Assembly: GCA_016204335.1 (NCBI GenBank)
Contig: JACQKU010000021.1
Location: 1-55,524, forward strand
DNA length: 55,524 nt
Source: Candidatus Liptonbacteria bacterium
GTDB taxonomy: Bacteria; Patescibacteriota; Minisyncoccia; UBA6257; 2-01-FULL-56-20
Direction: 5' to 3'
Part shown: positions 35,242 to 44,067 of the stretch, piece after piece
Position numbering within the stretch: the first letter of the stretch is position 1
Layout: every line of letters begins with the position of its first letter
The notes under the pieces: generated by a model
Database searches by the model: none
The model's input: the letters and a program-made list of their open reading frames with translations, nothing else
Told to the model about the DNA's origin: nothing
Translations under genes and position numbers: made by a program

Positions 35242-37566
35242 TTACTCCGGATGAATTTTTTGTTTGAATTCATCGAGCCGTTCGATAAGCAATGGATATT
35301 TTTTCAAATTTCCGCCGTTTTGGATAACCTTAAGCGCGGCGGCTCTCGATTGCTTGATGAGTTCTATGTCCTGCAGTCCGCGCATCGCAATGTCGGGCAG
35401 GCCGGTTTGTTTTTGTCCGATGAATTCGCCGGGACCGCGCAGTTTCAAATCCTTTTCCGCCAGCTCAAATCCGTTTTTTGCTTCAAGAATCGCTTTCAGA
35501 CGCTCGCTTGTCGCTTTTGAATCCGAATCGGTGAACAGAAAACAAAACGACTGGTGCCCGCCCCTGCCCACTCTGCCGCGGAGCTGGTAGAGTTGCGCGA
35601 GTCCGAATCGCTCGCTTCCCTCTATCATCATTATGCTTGCGTTCGGCACGTCCACGCCTACCTCGATAACCGAAGTTGAAACGAGAATATCGGACTTGCC
35701 TGCCGCGAAGGAGGACATAATTTTTTCTTTTTCTTTTGACCGCATCCTGCCGTGAAGCATCGCCACTCGAAGGTCCGGAAAAATTTTCCGCGAAAGTTTT
35801 TCGTACTCTTCCTTTACTGCCTTGGTTTCCCAAGGCACCGCTGATTTATGCCGATTAAGCTGATTGATGCGGATGTCGTCATCAGCATAAATCCGCTTAT
35901 CATCAGCATTGATCAGCGTGTCCCCGTTAATACGGGGACAGATGACGAATGCCTGCCGCCCCTTTTTAATTTGCTCGCGGATAAACTGATACGCTTTATG
36001 GCGGTTTTCCGGCGCCACGATTTTGGTGGTAATCGGCTTTCTTCCCAAAGGAAGTTCGGTGATAGTTGAAATATCGAGGTCGCCGAAAACAGTGAGCATA
36101 AGCGTGCGGGGTATCGGCGTGGCTGACATACTTAATAGGTGAGGAATCAGAGAACGATTTTTTAATAATTCAGCTCTCTGTTTTACTCCAAATCGATGTT
36201 GTTCATCAATGACCACCAAAGCCAAACTGTTAAACGTTGCGTCTTTCTGAATAAGCGCGTGAGTGCCGACAATTATTTTTATTTCGCCGGCTCCCGCTTT
36301 CTTTTTAAAATCAGTCTTTGAAATTTTCGCTTCAAGGTCATTTTCGTACAGCACTTCTGCGAAAGATGATGTCAGAATGCCGACAGCGGGCTGGTCAGCC
36401 GCGCTGATTCCGTGAAAAAGTTTTTTCAACGTTTCGAAATGCTGGCGCGCGAGTATTTCGGTCGGAGCCATGAAAACGCTTTGAAATCCGTTTTGGCTCG
36501 CGAGCAGAGCCGCGAGCGCGGCGATGACGGTTTTTCCGGAGCCGACATCGCCCTGGAGCAGGCGATTCATCGGCATGGGTTTTTCGATGTCCTGGATAAT
36601 TTCCCAAAGCGATTTTTTTTGCGAAGGAGTGAGCGTGAAAGGCAAACCCTTAAGAATCTCTTTCAGTTTTTCAATGTCAGTTCGTATTGCCGGAGCTTTT
36701 TCCAGCGCGAGTTTCAACTTCTGTTGAGTGTTGAGAATCTGAAGCAGAAACAATTCTTCGAACGCAAACCGTTTTTTTGCCAGAAGCGCCGCGTCAATGG
36801 TGTCCGGAAAATGGACTGCGGCAAGCGCGCGGTTGATGTCGGGAATGCCTGCTGTTGCGAGAACTTCTTTTGGCAGCCAGTCCGTGGGCGGCTCAAGGTT
36901 TTTCAAAATCGGCTGGACAAGAAATCTGATGCCCTTTGATGTCAGTCCGCGGGTTTCGGGGTATATGGGCACCAAACGCGCCGTATGGCGCGTTTCGCTG
37001 ACTGACGCGCCTGCCCGTCCGAAGCTAGGCGCCCGGCCTTCGTAGCCGAAGCTACTTCGGCGGAGTAGGCAAGGCGGGGACTTGACGCTGACTGACGCTG
37101 AATTCTGGGAGATAGAATTTTCCGCGTAGTTCTGCGTATAGTCTGCGTGATTCCGCGCTGGGATGAGTTCGTAGATAGGATGCGAAAGAGCGAGATTATC
37201 TTCGCTTAATGTGATTTTGCCGGAAAAATTCGCCCATCGGCCCGGCCTCAATACATTGAGAAGATACGGTTGATTGAACCAAGTCGCCTTGATGTCGCCT
37301 GATTCGTCCCGGATAATTGCTTCAACAATGACGAACCTCCGCCTGAAGCTTCGTCTGATTTTTATACTCTGAATTACTCCCTGGATTGTTCCGTGCCGGC
37401 CCGGTTCGAGTTCGGCGATTGGAATAATTTCCGAAAAGTCCTCGTAACGGAACGGAAAATGCCAAAGCAGGTCTTTGACGGTGAGAATGTTCAGCTTCGC
37501 GAAATTCCGCAAAAAGCGTGGAGCGATACCGTTTATTTCCGAAAGAAGCGTTTGGAGTTTCAACAC
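35242..37566 (-). CDS. recG: ATP-dependent DNA helicase RecG
   Basis: OB/wedge N-terminal region, GDVGSGKT, DEQHRFG, and RGRVGRG in the C-terminal helicase motifs. Two repeat-derived inserts. GTG or TTG start. Confidence 0.92.
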   Translation of the reverse strand: MLKLQTLLSEINGIAPRFLRNFAKLNILTVKDLLWHFPFRYEDFSEIIPIAELEPGRHGTIQGVIQSIKIRRSFRRRFVIVEAIIRDESGDIKATWFNQPYLLNVLRPGRWANFSGKITLSEDNLALSHPIYELIPARNHADYTQNYAENSISQNSASVSVKSPPCLLRRSSFGYEGRAPSFGRAGASVSETRHTARLVPIYPETRGLTSKGIRFLVQPILKNLEPPTDWLPKEVLATAGIPDINRALAAVHFPDTIDAALLAKKRFAFEELFLLQILNTQQKLKLALEKAPAIRTDIEKLKEILKGLPFTLTPSQKKSLWEIIQDIEKPMPMNRLLQGDVGSGKTVIAALAALLASQNGFQSVFMAPTEILARQHFETLKKLFHGISAADQPAVGILTSSFAEVLYENDLEAKISKTDFKKKAGAGEIKIIVGTHALIQKDATFNSLALVVIDEQHRFGVKQRAELLKNRSLIPHLLSMSATPIPRTLMLTVFGDLDISTITELPLGRKPITTKIVAPENRHKAYQFIREQIKKGRQAFVICPRINGDTLINADDKRIYADDDIRINQLNRHKSAVPWETKAVKEEYEKLSRKIFPDLRVAMLHGRMRSKEKEKIMSSFAAGKSDILVSTSVIEVGVDVPNASIMMIEGSERFGLAQLYQLRGRVGRGGHQSFCFLFTDSDSKATSERLKAILEAKNGFELAEKDLKLRGPGEFIGQKQTGLPDIAMRGLQDIELIKQSRAAALKVIQNGGNLKKYPLLIERLDEFKQKIHPE

Positions 37567-37683
37567 GTCGCCATATTCTAGCCGATTTTTGAGTAAAATT
37601 CAATGAAAATTTTGTTGATAAGCCGCATTTGATATTTTTCACGCCTGCGCTTTAATAAAATCAGCCATTTGAAATTTTTTGCC

Positions 37684-37738
37684 GGAACCCATCTCAAAAA
37701 TATTTTCCCGCCGCCAAGATGTTTTTGAGATGGGTTCC
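37684..37738. promoter_or_regulatory. Perfect 17-bp-stem hairpin upstream of the small ORF
   Basis: ggaacccatctcaaaaa (37684-700), a 21-nt loop, then tttttgagatgggttcc (37722-38). Confidence 0.5.
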
Positions 37739-37798
37739 ATAAAACGTTTCTCACAATCGACAAACCGGCATTTCAACTCCGCCGAATAGGAGGAAATC

Positions 37799-38047
37799 AT
37801 GGCCGAAAAAGCGGTTTTCACTTCAACCGTTACCGAGCGGAACGGGGAGTGCCATATCGACATCGACGAACTTGGTGTCGGAGTCAGCGCGCGCAGTCGC
37901 GATGTTGCCGTCTGGGCTATCACGGAATCAATCAAGAGATTCTGTGCCGAGCTCGTCAGTCGCGGTGAGAACGGTTCTATCGCCCAGACGCAAAGAACCC
38001 AACTCGCCCGCCGCGCGATTGAGAACGGGTTTTGTATCCGGCTATAA
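37799..38047 (+). CDS. Small G+C-rich hypothetical protein (82 aa), possibly of the HicB/UPF0150 fold
   Basis: aataggaggaaatcATG is a canonical SD. The sequence FTSTVTERNGECHIDIDELGVGVSARSRDVAVWAITESIKRF is only loosely antitoxin-like, so function is not established. Confidence 0.55.
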   Translation: MAEKAVFTSTVTERNGECHIDIDELGVGVSARSRDVAVWAITESIKRFCAELVSRGENGSIAQTQRTQLARRAIENGFCIRL

Positions 38048-38156
38048 AGCAACGGCCGTCGAATGCACGACTGAAGGGTCGCGGCAGTAGGCGGCTTTTT
38101 CAGTTTTAAAAGTTTTTTATGGCTTGTCGAATTGCTTGCAATGAGCAACAGTCGAA

Positions 38157-38230
38157 TGGTCCCCTCACTAGGAATCGAACCTAGATCAACGGATTAAGAG
38201 TCCGCAGCTTTACCATTAAGCTATGAGGGG
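38157..38230 (-). tRNA. tRNA-Lys (anticodon CUU), CCA encoded
   Basis: Reverse complement is CCCCTCATAGCTTAATGGTAAAGCTGCGGACTCTTAATCCGTTGATCTAGGTTCGATTCCTAGTGAGGGGACCA. Clean hand-folded cloverleaf. Confidence 0.9.
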
Positions 38231-38911
38231 TTACTGATATGCCTTACTCAACTCATAAATTTTTTCCGCCCAAGAAAAAATTTTATGCCTTAAATCCGAG
38301 GTACCCGGGCCAGTAACCCCGATTCTAATAATTCCGTTGGGAAGGATATTCGTTCTGTGGCCGGTTCCCTTAGGTTTTATAAAGGTTTTTCCAAAATTTT
38401 TCAATGGTATGTTGGTCAACTGCGACCAAAATTTTATAATTTTCTTTTCGTCATTCCCATAATGGATGTGCAAATATGCTTTGAGCTGGCTTGGAGGGAC
38501 GCCGCATATTTCTTTGAACCACGCGACTGCGAATTCGATAATGCGAGGGTCTGAGTTAACAACCGCCGTATTTTGATTTTTGGTGCCCTCGCACCAATAG
38601 AGAATCGCTCCCAACATTTTGAACGCATCTCGATTTAAAATAGTAATTTCTTTTCCGCCGATTTCTTTGATTGCAAAAATTTCTTTTTTTCGCTTTTCAT
38701 GATTTGCTATTGCGCCGAGCTTGAAAACTGCAGCTGAACGGTCTCTGAGTCTCGCATTTTGCTTGTTTGAAAGTTTAATGTCTCTGCACCAAAGACTTAC
38801 TGAACTTTTAGAAACTCCAAGCTTAGCTTTGATTTCATTATAACTAAGCCCCCTCCTTCGTAGGAGGCGGGCCTTTTCGTACGCAAATCGTTTCTGTGGA
38901 TTTTGTACCAC
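38231..38911 (-). CDS. HTH-containing protein with a possible LAGLIDADG-like endonuclease core
   Basis: N-terminal LSYNEIKAKLGVSKSSVSLWCRDI (HTH). LGAILYWCEGTK...VVNSDPRIIEFAVAWF resembles degenerate LAGLIDADG blocks. The stop codon abuts the first base of tRNA-Lys. GTG start. Confidence 0.4.
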   Translation of the reverse strand: MVQNPQKRFAYEKARLLRRRGLSYNEIKAKLGVSKSSVSLWCRDIKLSNKQNARLRDRSAAVFKLGAIANHEKRKKEIFAIKEIGGKEITILNRDAFKMLGAILYWCEGTKNQNTAVVNSDPRIIEFAVAWFKEICGVPPSQLKAYLHIHYGNDEKKIIKFWSQLTNIPLKNFGKTFIKPKGTGHRTNILPNGIIRIGVTGPGTSDLRHKIFSWAEKIYELSKAYQ

Positions 38912-38983
38912 GACTATATTCTATGTGAAAACTTTATAAGAGTACAGATATAGTTATCAACAAGGCATTAAGAAAATTACAAA

Positions 38984-39010
38984 CTGCTCTGCCAGTTGAG
39001 CCATGGGCGC
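38984..39010 (-). pseudogene. tRNA 5' fragment (acceptor strand plus D-arm only)
   Basis: Reverse complement is GCGCCCATGGCTCAACTGGCAGAGCAG. No matching anticodon, T-arm or 3' acceptor follows. Lies 3 nt after the tRNA-Arg 3' end. Confidence 0.55.
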
Positions 39011-39013
39011 ATG

Positions 39014-39087
39014 TGTCCCGGAGAGGACTCGAACCTCTAACCCTCTGCTTCGAAGGCAGATACTCTGTCCAGTTGAGCTACCGGGAC
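39014..39087 (-). tRNA. tRNA-Arg (anticodon UCG)
   Basis: Reverse complement is GTCCCGGTAGCTCAACTGGACAGAGTATCTGCCTTCGAAGCAGAGGGTTAGAGGTTCGAGTCCTCTCCGGGACA. Hand-folded cloverleaf. Confidence 0.9.
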
Positions 39088-39173
39088 TCTTTTACCCATA
39101 ATACAATAAGCGATTCAGGCCATATTTTCAAATTTGATTTTCAAAATGGCCGCTCCCGGTGTAGAATCAAGAA

Positions 39174-39845
39174 ATGGACACCACTGCGATTCTCGTATTC
39201 CAGCTAATCGTTCTGATTTTTTCCGTGATGATTCATGAGATTTCACACGGCTATATCGCCGAATATCTGGGAGACCCGACTGCGCGGCTCGCGGGGCGGC
39301 TGACGCTAAATCCCTTGAAGCACCTCGATTTTTTCGGCACGGTTATTTTGCCCGTTCTGACGTATTTTGCATGGGGGTTTCCGTTGGGTAGCGCCAAGCC
39401 GGTCCCGTATAACCCCAATAATCTTAAAAACCCCCTGCGCGGCGGGGCGTTTATAGCCGCCTCGGGCCCTTTAAGCAACATAGCAATCGCGGTTATTTTC
39501 GGAATTTTATTCAGAATTTTTCCTCCCATAGGCGACGGAATGCCGATACAGGTTCTTTTTACGCAAATTATTTTTATTAATCTTGTTCTGGCGATTTTCA
39601 ACCTTGTTCCAATACCGCCGCTCGACGGTTCGAAAGTTCTGAATTTTTTTCTGCCGGCAACATGGCAACTGCGTCTGGATAGTTTCTGGAATAATGCTTT
39701 TAACCTTATTCGGACTCAATGGCTCTTGTCCCTGATAATTTTCATTTTCTTTTTCCAATATGTGCTTACCGCCATTTTCTTTCTTATCGAGCCGGTTATC
39801 AAATTTTTATATTTCGTCGTGGCGGGGAATCCGGCGGGGTTTTAA
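39174..39845 (+). CDS. M50-family (site-2 protease-like) zinc metalloprotease
   Basis: MIHEISHGY (HExxH) in TM1, followed by NLVLAIFNLVPIPPLDGSK (NxxPxxxLDG). Confidence 0.85.
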   Translation: MDTTAILVFQLIVLIFSVMIHEISHGYIAEYLGDPTARLAGRLTLNPLKHLDFFGTVILPVLTYFAWGFPLGSAKPVPYNPNNLKNPLRGGAFIAASGPLSNIAIAVIFGILFRIFPPIGDGMPIQVLFTQIIFINLVLAIFNLVPIPPLDGSKVLNFFLPATWQLRLDSFWNNAFNLIRTQWLLSLIIFIFFFQYVLTAIFFLIEPVIKFLYFVVAGNPAGF

Positions 39846-39914
39846 GGGCATCCGAATAGCGCTCGCTCGCACTCCGCACTCGCGAAATCCGAATGCGCCC
39901 ATCCGAATTTTGAT

Positions 39915-39944
39915 TTGACATTATTGAGGTTTCCGTTTTACAAT
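39915..39944 (+). promoter_or_regulatory. Sigma70-like promoter TTGACA-N18-TACAAT upstream of rpsL
   Basis: ttgaca at 39915-20 and tacaat at 39939-44, about 90 nt upstream of the rpsL start. Confidence 0.45.
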
Positions 39945-40034
39945 CTCCCTTACTGCGAACTCCGCAGTTCATTTTATATTCCGTGTCTATAACCATAATA
40001 AACTAATCAGCTAATAAGCTAAAAAGCTAATCTA

Positions 40035-40445
40035 ATGCCCACCATCAGCCAGCTTATTAAACGAGGCAGGGATAAAACGAAGACGAAAACGAAATCGCCC
40101 GCGCTGTCTTTTTATTTCAATACGCTCAAAAACCGGCCCGTCGATTCTTCATCGCCGTTCAAACGCGGAGTATGCCTCAAGGTTTTTACCGTCACGCCTA
40201 AAAAGCCGAACTCGGCGCTTCGGAAGGTTTGCCGCGTGCGTCTGACGAACGGGATGGAAGTAAGCGCGTATATTCCGGGCGAAGGCCACACATTGCAGGA
40301 GCACTCGATTGTGATGTTGCGTGGAGGCCGCGTCAAAGACCTTCCGGGCATCAGGTATCACGTGGTCCGTGGAATTCTCGACACCACGGGTGTCGCGAAC
40401 AGGAAACAACAGAGGTCGAAATATGGAGCGAAACGTCCCAAGTGA
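40035..40445 (+). CDS. rpsL: 30S ribosomal protein S12
   Basis: [12 protein letters not shown]...[19 protein letters not shown]...[17 protein letters not shown]. Confidence 0.97.
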   Translation: MPTISQLIKRGRDKTKTKTKSPALSFYFNTLKNRPVDSSSPFKRGVCLKVFTVTPKKPNSALRKVCRVRLTNGMEVSAYIPGEGHTLQEHSIVMLRGGRVKDLPGIRYHVVRGILDTTGVANRKQQRSKYGAKRPK

Positions 40446-40541
40446 GATACCAATATACGAATGCATGCGAATGATACAAATAAATACTAATTCGTATTAT
40501 TTGTATCATTAGTACAATTGGTATATTTGTATCATAATTTT
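40446..40541. repeat. Intergenic hairpin built from atacgaat/gatacaaat words
   Basis: accaatatacgaatgcatgcgaatgatacaaataaatac pairs with gtattatttgtatcattagtacaattggtatatttg. Confidence 0.55.
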
Positions 40542-41009
40542 ATGAGAAAGAACCGCGTCTACAAAAAATATCATAAGGCAGACCCGCAATATAACAGGAT
40601 TGATTTGGGGAGGTTCATTAACTGCGTGATGAACGACGGAAAGAAATCAATTGCCCAACACATAGTGTATTCGGCATTTGAGAAAATAAAAAAAGAAACC
40701 AAACAGGAACCAGTTGAAGTGTTCGAAAAAGCCATAGCGAACGCTTCTCCGCTTCTCGAGGTTTCCTCGCGGCGTGTCGGCGGCGCGAATTATCAGGTGC
40801 CGCGGGAAGTCCGACCCGAGCGGAAATTCATCCTCGCAACCCGTTGGATTGTCCAGGTCGCGCGGAAAAAGAAAGGAAAGCCGTTTGCCGAGAAACTCGC
40901 GCAGGAGCTCATCGCCGCTTCAAAAAACGAAGGCGACGCCATCAAGAAAAAACAGGATATGCACAGAATGGCGGAAGCGAACCGGGCGTTCGCGCACTTT
41001 GCAAGGTGA
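40542..41009 (+). CDS. rpsG: 30S ribosomal protein S7
   Basis: DGKKSIAQHIVYSAFEKI...EVSSRRVGGANYQVP...MAEANRAFAHFA. Confidence 0.95.
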   Translation: MRKNRVYKKYHKADPQYNRIDLGRFINCVMNDGKKSIAQHIVYSAFEKIKKETKQEPVEVFEKAIANASPLLEVSSRRVGGANYQVPREVRPERKFILATRWIVQVARKKKGKPFAEKLAQELIAASKNEGDAIKKKQDMHRMAEANRAFAHFAR

Positions 41010-41028
41010 TTGAGTAATAAATTCACAC

Positions 41029-41328
41029 ATGGAAGACGCGGGACAGTTTTCTAAAGAGCCGCCGCCGGTTCCAAAAGATATCAGTAGGGAATTTTCTGAT
41101 ATGGACGTTTTTGGTTTTATAGAATTTTTGCACACACAAAGGAGAGAACCCGCGCTTTCCATAGAAGTTGATTGGAAGAATCCAGATAACGCAAAACGAC
41201 TTAAGGCGTTCTTGGAGTCCAAATCGACGGGCCAAAAAAGGTTTGCTGCAATACGCGCAACAAAAGAGCAGTACAACCAAGCGTTCAATGTATTTGCATC
41301 AGGAGTGAAGTGGATTGAGGTTAAGTAG
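41029..41328 (+). CDS. Hypothetical protein (99 aa) between rpsG and fusA
   Basis: Intact ORF, ATG 19 nt after the S7 stop. No family recognised. Confidence 0.5.
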   Translation: MEDAGQFSKEPPPVPKDISREFSDMDVFGFIEFLHTQRREPALSIEVDWKNPDNAKRLKAFLESKSTGQKRFAAIRATKEQYNQAFNVFASGVKWIEVK

Positions 41329-41335
41329 AAATTTT

Positions 41336-41419
41336 ATGTCAAGACAATACCCAATCGAAAAAACCCGCAACACCCGCCTTCGCAAACGCTTCGGCGGGCA
41401 GGTCGACATCATCTTATAG
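41336..41419 (+). pseudogene. Duplicated fusA 5' end forming a 27-codon mini-ORF
   Basis: [12 protein letters not shown]..., compared with [15 protein letters not shown]. tagaaattttatg occurs at both 41326 and 41417. The copy then runs into a GC hairpin (cccgccttcgcaaacgcttcggcggg). Confidence 0.65.
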
Positions 41420-41426
41420 AAATTTT

Positions 41427-43562
41427 ATGCCTAGACAATATCCTATCGAGAAAACCAGAAACATAGGAATTATAGCCCACATTGATGCCGGAAAAACCAC
41501 GGTCAGCGAGCGCGTTCTTTTTTACACCGGCGTTTCGCACAAAATCGGAGAAGTTCACGAAGGCGATACGGTGATGGACTGGATGGAACAGGAACGCGAG
41601 CGTGGAATTACGATTACTTCCGCGGCAACGACCGCGTTTTGGACTCCCACTTACGTGGCGCGGACTCACGCGGACTTGAACGCAGACCAACGCAGAAAAG
41701 AGCATGAATATCGCATTAACCTTATCGATACGCCGGGACACATTGATTTTACCGTCGAGGTGAAGCGTTCGCTCCGCGTGCTCGACGGCGCGGTAGTCGT
41801 GTTTGACGGCGTGGCGGGCGTGGAGCCGCAATCCGAAACAAACTGGCATTACGCCGACGAATATCACGTGCCGCGCGTCTGTTTTATCAATAAGCTCGAC
41901 CGCATGGGCGCGAGTTTCGAGCGGAGCTTTGCTTCCATCAAAGAACGTCTGACCAAAAACGCGATGCCCGTTCAACTTCCCATCGGCATCGAGTCAACAT
42001 TCAGCGGATTGATTGACCTGCTCGAGATGAAGGCGTTCGAATTCCAGGGCGAGCACGGCGAACGGATTGTCGAAATTCCCATTCCGGAAAATATGAAATC
42101 CGAAGCCGAAATAGCCCGGCATAATTTGGTTGAAGCGATTGCCGACAGCGACGATTCGCTGATGACAAAATATCTTGCCGGAGAAGAAATAAAACTCGAT
42201 GAACTTAGGCGCGCGCTCCGGAAAGCGACCATCGAAAATAAAATCGTGCCGGTGTTTTGCGGTTCGGCTTTGAAAAACAAAGGCGTCCAGTTTGTTCTTG
42301 ACGCCGTGGTTGATTATTTGCCTTCGCCGCTCGATGTGCCGCCCGTAAAGGGAATAGACCCGAAAACAGGCGGAGAAATTATCCGCAAGCCGGATGACGG
42401 CGAGCCGTTCACCGCGCTCGCGTTTAAGATTGCGACCGACCCGTATGTCGGCACTCTTACTTATTTCCGGAATTACGGCGGCATTTTAAAACGCGGTTCG
42501 TATATTTTGAACGCGAGCAAAGGCGACCAGGAACGCATCGGCAGAATCGTCCGCATGCACGCGAATCAGCGGGAAGAAGTCGAGGAGGTGTACGCGGGCG
42601 AAATCGCGGCGATTGTAGGTTTGAAAAATACAACCACGGGCGACACGCTTTCGACGCCGGACACGCCTCTGATTCTTGAAAAAATAACTTTCCCCGAACC
42701 GGTCATCGGCATCCGCATCGAGCCGAAAACAAAAGCCGACCAGGAAAAAATGGGAACCGCGCTTCATCGTCTGGCTGAAGAGGACCCGACGTTCCGAGTC
42801 GCGGGCGACCCCGATACGGGAGAAACGATTATTTCGGGAATGGGAGAACTGCACCTTGAAATTATCGTGGACAGGATGAAACGGGAATTCAGCGTGGAAG
42901 CGAACGTGGGCAGGCCGCAGGTCGCGTACAAAGAAACGATTACTGCCGAAGCCGAAGCCGAAGGGAAATATATCAGGCAATCCGGCGGCCGCGGCCAGTA
43001 CGGCCATGTCTGGATGACGGTAAAGCCGCTTGAGCGCGGGAAAGGGTTTGAATTCGTGAGTAAAATCAGGGGAGGCGTCATTCCGAACGAGTTTATTCCT
43101 GCCGTCGAAAAAGGCGTCCGCGAGGCGAAAGACAAAGGCGTCGTCGCGCATTATCCCATGGTTGATATCGAGGCGACGCTCTATGACGGTTCGTTCCATG
43201 AAGTCGATTCTTCGGAAGCCGCGTTCAAAATCGCCGGCTCGATGGCGTTTCAGGAAGCGGCGCGGCGCGCGAAACCGGTCATTCTTGAGCCGATTATGAA
43301 AGTGCAGGTAATCGTGCCGCCTGATTTTTTGGGCGAAGTCACGGGCGATTTGAATTCGCGGCGCGGGAAAATCGAAACCATAGACGACCGGCTCAACATC
43401 AAAGTGATTGAGGTAAAAGTTCCGCTTTCCGAAATGTTCGGTTATGCGACAATAGTTCGTTCGCTCACGCAGGGCAGAGCGTCGTTCACGATGGAGTTTG
43501 ACAGATATGAGACGACGCCGAATAATGTAGCGCAGCTGATTATTGAAGGAAAGAAGAAATAG
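41427..43562 (+). CDS. fusA: Translation elongation factor G
   Basis: [22 protein letters not shown] and NKLDR G-motifs with full-length EF-G similarity. Contains a short repeat-like insert, [15 protein letters not shown]. Confidence 0.97.
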   Translation: MPRQYPIEKTRNIGIIAHIDAGKTTVSERVLFYTGVSHKIGEVHEGDTVMDWMEQERERGITITSAATTAFWTPTYVARTHADLNADQRRKEHEYRINLIDTPGHIDFTVEVKRSLRVLDGAVVVFDGVAGVEPQSETNWHYADEYHVPRVCFINKLDRMGASFERSFASIKERLTKNAMPVQLPIGIESTFSGLIDLLEMKAFEFQGEHGERIVEIPIPENMKSEAEIARHNLVEAIADSDDSLMTKYLAGEEIKLDELRRALRKATIENKIVPVFCGSALKNKGVQFVLDAVVDYLPSPLDVPPVKGIDPKTGGEIIRKPDDGEPFTALAFKIATDPYVGTLTYFRNYGGILKRGSYILNASKGDQERIGRIVRMHANQREEVEEVYAGEIAAIVGLKNTTTGDTLSTPDTPLILEKITFPEPVIGIRIEPKTKADQEKMGTALHRLAEEDPTFRVAGDPDTGETIISGMGELHLEIIVDRMKREFSVEANVGRPQVAYKETITAEAEAEGKYIRQSGGRGQYGHVWMTVKPLERGKGFEFVSKIRGGVIPNEFIPAVEKGVREAKDKGVVAHYPMVDIEATLYDGSFHEVDSSEAAFKIAGSMAFQEAARRAKPVILEPIMKVQVIVPPDFLGEVTGDLNSRRGKIETIDDRLNIKVIEVKVPLSEMFGYATIVRSLTQGRASFTMEFDRYETTPNNVAQLIIEGKKK

Positions 43563-43634
43563 TTTTTGTTACACTTGCTTTTTATCTTTGTGTAAGGTAT
43601 TGTTTTTAGCAACTTGGTCGACAAGGAGGGCGTT

Positions 43635-43811
43635 ATGCTGATGTCGAATGGCAGTGAACGAGTTTTGGTTTGTTTCGGATTTGAGGAGTATGGGAGTCGC
43701 GAGGAGGCTCTCGAGAGGGCCAAGAGGATTAATCTCAGCGGGGATGACGAGAGAAGAATCTTCGTCGTCACCGAGGAGATTGCCTGGCCCCACTCCTCAC
43801 GCGCGGACTAG
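43635..43811 (+). CDS. Small G+C-rich hypothetical protein (58 aa) between fusA and tuf
   Basis: aaggagggcgttATG is a canonical SD. Followed by a 10-bp GC stem (ggggggcgcg...cgcgcccccc at 43843-74). Confidence 0.5.
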   Translation: MLMSNGSERVLVCFGFEEYGSREEALERAKRINLSGDDERRIFVVTEEIAWPHSSRAD

Positions 43812-43907
43812 AGGTTCGCGCCCAAGTTTTGAGTTAGGAGACGGGGGGCGCGCCGGGAACCGGTCGCGCCCCCCTCTCACAAATTCATCTCTGGGCAAGT
43901 CTGGGGA

Positions 43908-43935
43908 TTGACAATCAGAAACGTTCCGCTACAAT
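43908..43935 (+). promoter_or_regulatory. Sigma70-like promoter TTGACA-N16-TACAAT upstream of tuf
   Basis: ttgaca at 43908-13 and tacaat at 43930-35. Confidence 0.45.
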
Positions 43936-44067
43936 AAACAGCTGTTGATTATATTAACCAAAACAGGTCGAGAGTAATATCAGCTTTTAGGTATTAGCTG
44001 TTAGCTTATTAGGAAATAATCCGAATGGCGGCTAAAAGCTAAAACCTCAAAGCTAAAAGCTAAAAAT

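Noticed and set aside
37639-38148. 169-aa - strand ORF between recG and tRNA-Lys
   Set aside because: It is antisense to the SD-bearing 82-aa + strand ORF and runs through the 17-bp hairpin. It has no start context and no motif, and its composition looks like a mirror of the + strand gene.
38231-39010. tRNA interrupted by an ORF-containing intron (5' fragment at 38984-39010 spliced to a downstream 3' half)
   Set aside because: The downstream tRNA-Lys is complete with its own acceptor stem. No sequence complementary to GCGCCCA (the fragment's acceptor strand) follows the ORF.
43843-43874. Intrinsic terminator after the 58-aa ORF
   Set aside because: There is a strong 10-bp GC stem but no following U-run. 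It was noted within the orphan-gene finding and not called as a terminator.
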